Counted from the first letter of the stretch, positions 9,001 through 16,163 are shown. The stretch: 32,000 nucleotides of DNA from Cuniculiplasma divulgatum (GCF_900083515.1 NZ_LT671858.1:1830001-1862000); one strand, 5' to 3'. Translations and numbers: made by a program. Notes: generated by a model not told the origin, from the sequence alone.

Positions 9001-11058
9001 TATTCTCTACCAATAGAGTATGAAACAAATACTAATGAAACTCTGCTTAGAGAAATCTATACTTCAATACCATCACTAAAATCATACGTAAAGGGAAATT
9101 CAATTAACAATCTCAATTTAAGCCAAACTAATCAGGATACTGGAACTGACACAGCGGCCATTGATAATTCCCTTGGCAGGATGTATACGATTGATTTTAG
9201 AACCGGGACAATGAGTATTCTCAATCTCACTACTGATGTTTATTATAACAATGTGCAACTTGGCAAGACTTCTGAACCTTATGACATTATTTATGATGAC
9301 TACACTGATCAAATCTATATATTCAGCATGAAAACTGGCAATATCACATTTATAAATCCATCAACTATGAGTATTATATATAATGTTACTGTAGCATCAC
9401 TTGAGGGAAAAATGGCATTGATGGAAGTCATGCCTGGAACCAGTCATTTTCTCATTTTCAGTAACCAGTCAGGATTCTATGAAATCAACAGCTCATCCGG
9501 TACAGTAAGAGATATCTTCAATGTAGAGAATTTTGATGAGTATTCTCCATATTACGCATATTCCTTAGGGAATATATATACAGTAGACACAAATTCAAAC
9601 AGTGTTGTTAAGCTAAATATTTCAACGGGCCATATATCTAACTACTCTTTGCCTGGAGATATTAAGCCTCTATCCATATTCAACTCTGGTTTGAATTCGA
9701 TACTTTTCATATCAGGAGTTGCAGGGAAAAATTATCAGTTGATTTCCTTTAACATGTCTGATAATTCATTCAAGATTGGTCCCTATTTATCTGGATCGGC
9801 AATTCATGCAACCTTTGACCCCTTAAACGGACTTGATTATATAGATACCTCCGGGACCACAGGTAGAATCTGGATTCTGAACCCGGTCAATCTAAGTCTA
9901 ACAGGGAGTGCTTCTTACATCGTACCGGATTCTAGTGGCATGTTTCCTGGAATTACTGCATTTGAACAGAAAAATCAGTATATATATGCAGTTAACCCTT
10001 TGACTTCCTCAGTGTGTATATACAATGTTCAGCACTATTATAAAATAACTTTCAGACAAATTGGTTTGCCATCTATTTCAGAGTGGTTCCTTAACTTAAG
10101 TAAAAAGACATCTGGACCTCTCAGTACGAGAGAATATTTAATGAATCTGCCAAATGGAACATATATCTACTCCGGTTACAGTAATAACGTTAACTACATT
10201 CTTTTTCCCTATGAAAGCAAATTGATTGTGGAAGGAGGGCCGGAAATCACCAATCTATCCTTTGAATTTTCATATTTAGTCACATATAAAGAAACGGGGT
10301 TGCCCTCTGGACTTCCATGGTATGTAAATGTTTCAGACCTCAGGCCATCAGGTGGAATATCTGGAAATAGCTTCATAATAAGGATGCCAAATGGAACACA
10401 TAAATATGGTGTGGCCAGTTCAAATAAGATTTACGCTCCGTATTACCATGAGAACAGTATAACAGTTAGTGGACATCCAAAAAATGTTACCATAGGTTTC
10501 TACCTCGTAACATTTAATATATCTTTCATACAGAATGGTCTGTCAACTGGCACGACTTGGGAAGTTACAGATGATGGATATAAAACAATTGCATCTACTA
10601 CTTCTCATATTATTTTCAGTCTTCCTAATGGAACATATAGATTTAACTTACCGAATTTACAGTATTACTACAATGTTATAGGGAATATGTCCGTTAAAAT
10701 TAATGGAAAAAATCTGACAGAGGAAATAAGTTATTTTCATTTTGCGTATATATCAGGTAATTTACTGCCACCCAATGCAATCTTAATAATTAATGGGAAG
10801 GTCATAAAATCAGTAAATGGTGCATTCAATGTGAGCGAGGAGGCTGGATATTTCCAGCTTTTTGTTAGGGCCAATGGCTACAATTCTTTCCATAGTGATT
10901 TTTCGCTGAGACCCGGAAAGTCCAGGAATTTTGAAGTGAAATTAACCAAAATTCCAACTCTGAATGTGTATTTTTACCTCGAAGTCTATGGAATTATAGG
11001 GGCAATAGTGGCAGCTATGATTGTTGGATCAGTATACCTTGCAATTAGAAAGAGGTGA
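6055..11058 (+). CDS. membrane-anchored sedolisin/kumamolisin-family (peptidase S53) protease fused to YVTN repeats, repeated beta-sandwich-like modules and a CarboxypepD_reg/PEGA-like domain
   Basis: 1667 aa with an N-terminal TM/signal. A pro-kumamolisin-like activation segment contains LSNPSSSLYHHYITRSQFTQNFSVPE. The S53 triad context is LENTLDLE (E336/D340), SSGDSGD (D423) and AGTSVASPTEAG (S554, nt 7714..7716). YVTN-like blades include QIYIFSMKTGNITFINP, NIYTVDTNSNSVVKLNI and YIYAVNPLTSSVCIYNV. The C-terminal TM is GIIGAIVAAMIVGSVYLAI followed by RKR. Confidence 0.9.
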   Translation: MSISMERKKLAISFGIVILMIFSSFTVLSANQSASMNSTAHTNFTENERKILCSELGPRTELPYRVSPGKNISGRYYEGEMNVMITFKLRNESRLEGYLTDLSNPSSSLYHHYITRSQFTQNFSVPEKLYNLVADYFLTFRNATVRKYSDRISLMLNAPSNTIENIFKTEILENKSDNGINYFAVETPSLPRLIEAQISQISGLNNTPVAQIASLSHELIGTGSSSSTNYLNGYPAPIVSSGVQYLYGADLQVAYCTDPLYNVTYPTNTVVATILWAGNTSTGQHVGPFNPSNIYDYYNTTIPSGEPHSILHGVPIGGALYPGKSANDDTSGVTLENTLDLEMIGSLAPGSNIYNVYGPSPTEACLNAAFAYILNPNSTEKGLNNVSVISNSWGTPEFNDTAWFEYLQEAQARGITVLASSGDSGDNSASSEYSANSNYTSDFLNFPASMAYNSFGITSVGGTTLTLTGNLHIKSQSAWYEYEKLLTIPVDPIGSVGGISQVFSETSWQRDSEANDVIKGAGLGVPDIASMANNTLMCVTVNGAQSICSVAGTSVASPTEAGIVADINAVLNHYGEKNLGYINPEIYKVANLEFFGNSSIKNVSYSTNSVNQIFLPLEPFYNVHSGGNALYRAAYGYNLVTGWGSINAYNFTEFLLDQNFKNNPVAISGVENMINISSLNFIDEGNGRSVDIEQQYIVSDQLGEPIYNVHGILNLTLDSNSQWSGYILVEAQYTSFQSRNLIKNYEFSDKLKLGLTSFPSHLEMKSILNSTGDMFGTSLIFGINGSFLKIPMPGGAYIIGSENYSYIDPYSSITFPEPPIVSSGGALDPEFGITSDSSGITSVFSIKSDANTSFLLLPFGRNVFVKSNTHILAKKSNLLGGTVNNIDWERTGKDQWFVTYVNGSSDYGITASLESYEVDFVESGLPIDQKWSLDVGNRSFHTDRNFIKVSLINGTYTASPLTIGDQTGSPENYSFTVYGKSIYSLPIEYETNTNETLLREIYTSIPSLKSYVKGNSINNLNLSQTNQDTGTDTAAIDNSLGRMYTIDFRTGTMSILNLTTDVYYNNVQLGKTSEPYDIIYDDYTDQIYIFSMKTGNITFINPSTMSIIYNVTVASLEGKMALMEVMPGTSHFLIFSNQSGFYEINSSSGTVRDIFNVENFDEYSPYYAYSLGNIYTVDTNSNSVVKLNISTGHISNYSLPGDIKPLSIFNSGLNSILFISGVAGKNYQLISFNMSDNSFKIGPYLSGSAIHATFDPLNGLDYIDTSGTTGRIWILNPVNLSLTGSASYIVPDSSGMFPGITAFEQKNQYIYAVNPLTSSVCIYNVQHYYKITFRQIGLPSISEWFLNLSKKTSGPLSTREYLMNLPNGTYIYSGYSNNVNYILFPYESKLIVEGGPEITNLSFEFSYLVTYKETGLPSGLPWYVNVSDLRPSGGISGNSFIIRMPNGTHKYGVASSNKIYAPYYHENSITVSGHPKNVTIGFYLVTFNISFIQNGLSTGTTWEVTDDGYKTIASTTSHIIFSLPNGTYRFNLPNLQYYYNVIGNMSVKINGKNLTEEISYFHFAYISGNLLPPNAILIINGKVIKSVNGAFNVSEEAGYFQLFVRANGYNSFHSDFSLRPGKSRNFEVKLTKIPTLNVYFYLEVYGIIGAIVAAMIVGSVYLAIRKR
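9127..10029 (+). repeat. protein-level YVTN-like blade repeats inside CDS 6055..11058
   Basis: RMYTIDFRTGTMSILNL, QIYIFSMKTGNITFINP, NIYTVDTNSNSVVKLNI and YIYAVNPLTSSVCIYNV. Boundaries are approximate. Confidence 0.6.
10036..10734 (+). repeat. three tandem ~75-aa modules of the form Y-x-(V/I)-T-(F/Y)...GLP..W...(L/M)PNGT(Y/H); further copies at about 8800..9024 and in the neighbouring gene at about 5253..5700
   Basis: The three copies are YKITFRQIGLPSISEWFLNL...MNLPNGTYIYSGYS, YLVTYKETGLPSGLPWYVNV...RMPNGTHKYGVASS and YLVTFNISFIQNGLSTGTTWEVT...SLPNGTYRFNLP. The upstream copy is YEVDFVESGLPIDQKWSLDV...LINGTYTASP. The neighbour gene has LKLTETGLYKGTTWFFNL...VPEGSYSYTAQSS. Confidence 0.7.
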
Positions 11059-11097
11059 AAAGAATACCTATAAGTTCTTCATTTAACATGTGATAAG

Positions 11098-11631
11098 ATG
11101 GAAGATCAGGAACCTGTGTTTGATTACATAGCTGAAAATTATGATAAAACCCGGGGAAACCTTGACGAAATAGAACTTAATGTTCTATTGAATGCGCTAA
11201 AGGATTGCCAGAATATCCTTGAGATTGGGGCTGGAACAGGCAGAATAATGAAACCACTGCAGGATCATGGCCTTGATATAACAGGGGTTGATATATCAAA
11301 AAAGATGCTTCAAAAAGCCAGTGAGAAGGGATTGAATCATTTGGTAATAGGCAATGCAACAAATCTGCCGTTTCTGGATAAATCTTTTGATGCTGTGATA
11401 ACAGTACACGTTTTCCATTTAGTTAACGATCTCGATAGAGTATTCACGGAAGCTTCCAGAGTTTCCAGAAAGTATATCCTCACATTTATCAGGGAAAGAA
11501 AACAGATAGAAGGTAAATTACCCAACAGGAGAGGTGAATTGTTTAATGTTGCTAGGGAAGTTGCCAGTAGATATGGGTATAGTATAGAACCGGGAGAGAG
11601 AGAATTCACAACCGAACAGAGGGAGAACTAA
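11098..11631 (+). CDS. class I SAM-dependent methyltransferase (type 11-like), probably truncated by a frameshift
   Basis: Motif I is ILEIGAGTGR, and post-I/II features are GVDISKKM and FDAVITVHVFHLV. The ORF stops at 11629..11631, but the frame of the next ORF is already open from 11583. Confidence 0.85.
   Translation: MEDQEPVFDYIAENYDKTRGNLDEIELNVLLNALKDCQNILEIGAGTGRIMKPLQDHGLDITGVDISKKMLQKASEKGLNHLVIGNATNLPFLDKSFDAVITVHVFHLVNDLDRVFTEASRVSRKYILTFIRERKQIEGKLPNRRGELFNVAREVASRYGYSIEPGEREFTTEQREN
11594..11603. repeat. (GA)5 dinucleotide repeat lying in the overlap of the two reading frames of the methyltransferase locus
   Basis: Sequence is cgg GAGAGAGAGA att. Removing one GA unit fuses frame 1 (11098..) to the frame of 11712..11927. 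Confidence 0.9.
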
Positions 11632-11711
11632 TCAGGAGGTTTCCACCTGATGAAAAAATAAAGGTAAGAGAATATACAAGAAAGACTAATCCTGAGAATT
11701 TTGTAGAAAGG

Positions 11712-11927
11712 ATGAGATATTCATCAAGGTTTGTTAAAATGTTCAGCCGAATTCCAGAGGAAGATATCTCAAAAATATTTTCTTTTACAAAGAAAGAGAT
11801 AAAAAAACTGAATATAAAACCAGTTGAAACTGTAATCTATGAGTATCTGGCAATATGGTATCCAGATAATATGGAAAAAAGAATACTGGAACATAAAGGT
11901 GACAATCTCAGGTCTGAATCTAATTAA
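11712..11927 (+). CDS. small ORF, probably the displaced C-terminal part of the upstream methyltransferase (frame open from 11583)
   Basis: 71-aa ORF with no recognisable motif of its own. It is on the same strand as the methyltransferase, and its frame continues without stops upstream to 11583, overlapping the end of the methyltransferase ORF. Confidence 0.35.
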   Translation: MRYSSRFVKMFSRIPEEDISKIFSFTKKEIKKLNIKPVETVIYEYLAIWYPDNMEKRILEHKGDNLRSESN

Positions 11928-11952
11928 AGACGCAAAAGAATATTAAAATTGT

Positions 11953-13170
11953 TTGAGATATGAATGTGTGTCTATTAGTTCAGGAGAAACAGTAATCATT
12001 GGAGCTGGAAGTACTGGCACCAGCATTGCCTACTCAATGATCAGGAGTGGAATGAAGGTAAACCTTGTAGATATGAACGGCGTTGCAAGCGGTAACACAG
12101 GTAAATCCAGTGGCCTAGTAAGAAGTCATTATAGTAATGAAACTGTGGCCAGGATGGCAAAATTCTCCCACGAGGTACTTAGTAATTTCTCTGAGATTGG
12201 TTATTCAGGATATACCAAAACAGGGATGGTATATGCATTTCCAGAAGCAGATATACAGTCTGAGAAAATGAATGTGGAAATGCTAAAAAGAATTGGAGTT
12301 GAAATTGGAGAGATTGGGAGTGATAGACTTAAATCATTTTATGATCCAATAAATATGGAAAATTTTGATTACATTACCTTTGAACCCGAAAGCGGTTACG
12401 CTGATCCTGTCGCAACATCAAATTCATTCGCTTCCAGAGCAGGGGAACTCGGTGCCACAATTAATATCAATAAAAAAGCGAAGAAGATTAAAAAAGATGA
12501 GAGTGGTACAAGAGTTTATTTTTCAGACGGAACGGAAAGAGTATATGATCGTGTAGTTATGGCAACGAATATCTGGACCAATAAATTACTCAGAGATTCA
12601 GGTGTAGATGAAAGTGATCTATTACCAATTAATGCATCAAGGCATAATGTGATTTATTTGAGAAGACCTCATTTATATGCAGGTCCAAAACCAGTTCTCT
12701 GGGATATGGCCCAGCTTTCCTATTACAAGATGGAAGGAGACACTATAACTGCAGTTGGAAGCCTTGACCCAGAACTTGATAAGATTCAGACAGACAGTGA
12801 AGAAGAGATATTTGACGAAGCAAGTGAGGAGTTCATGGAAAAATATCTGGGAAATATATCCAGGAGATTGCCTTATATGGAAAACGCAGAATATATATCA
12901 ACTGTGAGTGGAAGATACGACATGACGCCAGATGGAGAACCCATTATTGACGAGTTGTTTCATCTTGGGTTAGGTGATGTTTACGTTTGTGCTGGTTTAA
13001 GCGGACATGGATTCAAACTATCCCCTGCCATTGGAAACATTGTGTCAGATATGATTCAGGGAAAGAAATCCAGAGATTGCATGTTTGACTGGGAAATATT
13101 TAACCGGAAAAGATTCAGAGATGGAAGACTCATAGGTAGAAATCATAAGGATATAGGCACTTTATACTGA
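11953..13170 (+). CDS. FAD-dependent oxidoreductase, DAO family (sarcosine oxidase beta / glycine or D-amino-acid oxidase-like)
   Basis: The dinucleotide fold is VIIGAGSTGTSIAYSM...VNLVD...GNTGKSSGLVRSHY. The C-terminal signature is GLSGHGFKLSPAIGNIV. The track start is TTG at 11953; an in-frame GTG at 11968 is an alternative start. Confidence 0.88.
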   Translation: MRYECVSISSGETVIIGAGSTGTSIAYSMIRSGMKVNLVDMNGVASGNTGKSSGLVRSHYSNETVARMAKFSHEVLSNFSEIGYSGYTKTGMVYAFPEADIQSEKMNVEMLKRIGVEIGEIGSDRLKSFYDPINMENFDYITFEPESGYADPVATSNSFASRAGELGATININKKAKKIKKDESGTRVYFSDGTERVYDRVVMATNIWTNKLLRDSGVDESDLLPINASRHNVIYLRRPHLYAGPKPVLWDMAQLSYYKMEGDTITAVGSLDPELDKIQTDSEEEIFDEASEEFMEKYLGNISRRLPYMENAEYISTVSGRYDMTPDGEPIIDELFHLGLGDVYVCAGLSGHGFKLSPAIGNIVSDMIQGKKSRDCMFDWEIFNRKRFRDGRLIGRNHKDIGTLY

Positions 13171-13494
13171 TAAATGGTCAGTTATAGTACATTGGATCAG
13201 TTTCAAAAACTATAAATGATCTTTCAAAATAAATAATTCTTCAACGATTGATTTGAATACAGAATCCAGAAATTTTTCAAGTGGTGTATTAGGGATTTGA
13301 TTATAATTACAAACGGTATTTGCAATATTTATTTTAAAAAATTTAACGATTTTCTTTTTTCGATTTTTTGAAAAACGTAATTGTGCCCTATAGACCTTTA
13401 AGTAATAGATAGCCAGATTTGATTTATAATGGAAATGCCTTACGTATTAGGTTAGAATTTTAATAGTCAATAAATAATTATAAAAAGATGAAAA

Positions 13495-14112
13495 ATGTTC
13501 ATAGATGATTTGGCTTTTGAGCTTCTTACGATGTCTCTGGCTGCATTGATGATACTGTATATGACATTGGGCATATATGTGGGATACAGAAGGAATGGTG
13601 ATAAGGATATTGAGGGTCATCTGAAACCTGGTATGGCACCACTCACACTTCTTGGTGTAGTGATGCTTGCTCTTGGTCTATACGGTGAATTTGTATGGCC
13701 ACTTCCAGGGGCATTCAACATACTGTACTATGATATGTATACACTGGTAGCAATAGTAGTGCTTGCCTTTGCAATCACTATCCGTCTTGGATACAAGATG
13801 CAATATGTTGGACTGTTTGCAGCCTATTCAGGTGTGATGGCCATATATTACGGTTTCAGGGCATATCAGCTCAGTTTGATAGGTTCGACCACATTGGAAC
13901 TTTTCCTGATGTTTGTTGCATTCGGTGCAACCGGTATAATGTCTTACCCAGTTACATTAATAATAGATAGAATACCGCAGAGAGGAAACCCCAAGTGGAT
14001 CGGCTGGACTATAATACTGGTGATTTTCTGGATAGCTGTGCTCGGTGCAATGATAGCATCAGGATACATAGGATTTGATGCAGTCTTTTCACACCTGGCT
14101 TCTCCCCCATAG
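13495..14112 (+). CDS. integral membrane protein of unknown function (about 6 TM; possibly DUF981-type, from memory of the WPLPG..NIL motif only)
   Basis: 205 aa and strongly hydrophobic with regularly spaced helices. The assignment rests on hydrophobicity and ORF length alone. Confidence 0.6.
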   Translation: MFIDDLAFELLTMSLAALMILYMTLGIYVGYRRNGDKDIEGHLKPGMAPLTLLGVVMLALGLYGEFVWPLPGAFNILYYDMYTLVAIVVLAFAITIRLGYKMQYVGLFAAYSGVMAIYYGFRAYQLSLIGSTTLELFLMFVAFGATGIMSYPVTLIIDRIPQRGNPKWIGWTIILVIFWIAVLGAMIASGYIGFDAVFSHLASPP

Positions 14113-14127
14113 ACTTAAGTGGGAGAA

Positions 14128-14144
14128 TTTTTTAAATTATTTTT
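14128..14144 (+). terminator. oligo-T tracts (T6 and T5) downstream of CDS 13495..14112
   Basis: gagaaTTTTTTaaattaTTTTTaaaaaa begins 16 nt after the TAG stop. Archaeal termination commonly uses oligo-T runs. Confidence 0.3.
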
Positions 14145-14206
14145 AAAAAATTAAATTCGAGAATTCTCTTTAAATTCTTTTTTATACTATTAGAGTGTCT
14201 CATATT

Positions 14207-14578
14207 TCAACAACTGACGATTCTCTTAATCTTCCTTGGCCTTTCTCCTGATAATATGTTTGATATTACCATGAGATTGTATGCAGTGATCTTAAAACCA
14301 ACTGCATGATCATATGATCTGTTATTCGTATACCACATATTCTCACAGTGTAATATTTCCTCTAAGATGGAAAATGTTCTTTCTATTTCCCATCTTAAGG
14401 AATAAAGGGAAGAATATTCCTTTCTGAGATCTATTCCTATCATTCTGTTCATGGTTAATCTATCAGATCTGATGCCTCTTCTTCTATTGGTATCAATTAC
14501 CCTTATAGAATGTGGCATAGAGGAGGAATTACTGGGATCATAATGCTCTTTTCTGCACCGGCGTCGTGCGCAATCTGT
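14207..14578 (-). mobile_element. IS4/IS5-family DDE transposase, C-terminal remnant only (degenerate IS fragment)
   Basis: YSLRWEIERTFSILEEIL matches the Y-x2-R-x3-E-x2-F-x2-LK signature of IS4/IS5 transposases. The open frame extends upstream of the ATG to 14578 (..CRKEHYDPSNSS.., possibly a decayed (D)xGYDS block). The N-terminal half is absent in every frame upstream. Confidence 0.7.
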
Positions 14579-14820
14579 TCAATATGTGAAGGTCATAGAA
14601 TAGTGTACCACACTCAGACTCATAAAATGTATATATATATTAAAGTGTATTAATGTTATAGAAGTGATAAAGTGGACATAGATTCATATGGAAGAATATA
14701 CAAAATTGAGGAGATGGGCTATATATTATCTGGATTACCTTCTCCAGAGATCTCAGTATGCTATGCAGCATCAGTTAGTTCATATGTCCATGACAAAACT
14801 GAAAATAACATTGCATCTTC

Positions 14821-16029
14821 ATGACACAAATGAAAAGGAAAGGATACTCCAGAAACTTTAAACTTTCCATTGCGGGCCAAAGTATAGATAATATTTCAAG
14901 TAGCATGATGTTGGTGCTATTCCCATGGATAGTTCTTTCCATAACCAATTCTTCCTTCCTTACTGGCCTTGAACTTGCTATATCTGATCTGCCTCTTTCG
15001 GCTAGTTTTCTCGTCGGGTATTACCTGACAAAGTTGAAGAGGAAGAAAACAATTGAAGTCTGAGCAACAGCAGTTAGGGCACTCATACTTTTATTTATTT
15101 TCGTGGTGTTTCTCACAGGAGATAAGTTCTATGAACTTATTTCCATATTCATTGGATTCTTCGTCACTTCATGGACTGAGGACATAAGCACACAAATAGG
15201 TGGCTACTGGAGTAAGGAATTTATGGATGAGGATCAGTACCAGAGCGGAATTTCTCTATCAAAGTTTCTCAATATGCTTAGTATTTTAGTCAGTTATGTT
15301 ATGGCCGGATTATTTATAGCTATAGGCATCGATCTGGCCTTTCCTTTGTTGATATTAGGTTATGCAGTCTCCACAATTATCAGGTCATTTATAAAGCCGA
15401 AGTCAGAGGAGGCACAGGAGGAACAGCCTCATTCGTTTAAAGGGGGCATTTCATACGTCTGGAAAAACAAGATCCTGAGGTACCTGATGATTCGAAATCT
15501 GCTGACCAGCCTGGCATTTGGTGGCTTCCTGGTAGTAATAGAGGTCCTTGTGAAATTTAGATACGCCGGTTCCCCCTTCGTACTTACGGTATTGCTGGTT
15601 GGTGGCATGATTGGCGGTGTGGTAGGGAGTAAACTGGGCAGCAATGTAAAGGGAAATCCCAGGAGAGTAATAGGGGTGTTAACAGCTGCATACATACCCA
15701 TAGTAATTTTCATTCCTTTCAGCCCATCCTACATTTTCATAATTCCTGATTTATTCCTATTAATGTTTACCTCCCAAATAGATGGTGTAGTATTCAGCAC
15801 GCTTTTTTTTAAAGCCACTCCAAAGGACTATATGCTTCAGGTACGTGGAGTACATAACACTTTCTCGCTTTTTCCAGCCGTAGTTTCAAGCGTTATACTG
15901 GGTGCGATAATACAGTTCATTTCCCTGGATTGGGCATTCTATGCTACTGCTATCCTAGTCGTCGGACAAATATTGGTGATCTGGAAAGCTAAAGAAATTG
16001 GAGACGTTAATATGGAGGAACAAAACTAG
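14821..16029 (+). pseudogene. MFS transporter (MFS_3 / EntS-like family) interrupted by a single in-frame TGA at 15061..15063
   Basis: ORFs 14821..15063 and 15103..16029 are in the same frame. Translation reads ..YYLTKLKRKKTIEV*ATAVRALILLFIFVVFLTGDKF.., so a hydrophobic helix continues straight through the stop. The combined product is about 402 aa with about 12 TM. Confidence 0.8.
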
Positions 16030-16034
16030 GTGTA

Positions 16035-16163
16035 ATGAACATGGGTATTTCCAAAGGCAATATGAAAAATAATAAGCTTCCCTGCAAGAACCTTCTGCTG
16101 GGAATTACCGGTTCAATTGGTGCAGTTAATATGCCGGCTTATGTGCAATATCTTCTTTTTTAG
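16035..16163 (+). pseudogene. flavoprotein (CoaC/Dfp/UbiX/EpiD family) N-terminal stub of 42 codons
   Basis: MNMGISKGNMKNNKLPCKNLLLGITGSIGAVNMPAYVQYLLF*. The block LLLGITGSIGA is the typical first beta-strand/FMN loop (..GvTGSIAa.k) of this roughly 180-400 aa family. The rest of the gene is missing. Confidence 0.55.

Noticed and set aside
10975-11058. PGF-CTERM / archaeosortase-type sorting signal at the C-termini of the two giant surface proteins (also 5750..5837)
   Set aside because: No PGF- or PEF-like tripeptide precedes the C-terminal helices. They look like plain TM anchors with basic tails (RKR, DRRSRNKL).
14121-14170. AT-rich quasi-palindrome (TTTTTAAAAA core, plus the perfect palindrome GAGAATTCTC at 14160..14169) considered as a terminal inverted repeat of the IS remnant
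   Set aside because: The arms do not pair beyond the A/T core and no matching repeat is seen on the other side of the transposase fragment. It is more simply oligo-T terminator sequence plus chance symmetry.
14630-14640. (TA)5 microsatellite, plus a general scan for CRISPR-like spaced repeats, tRNA and rRNA
   Set aside because: The TA run is too short to be meaningful. I saw no regularly spaced direct repeats and no GC-rich structured segments typical of stable RNAs in an AT-rich archaeon.
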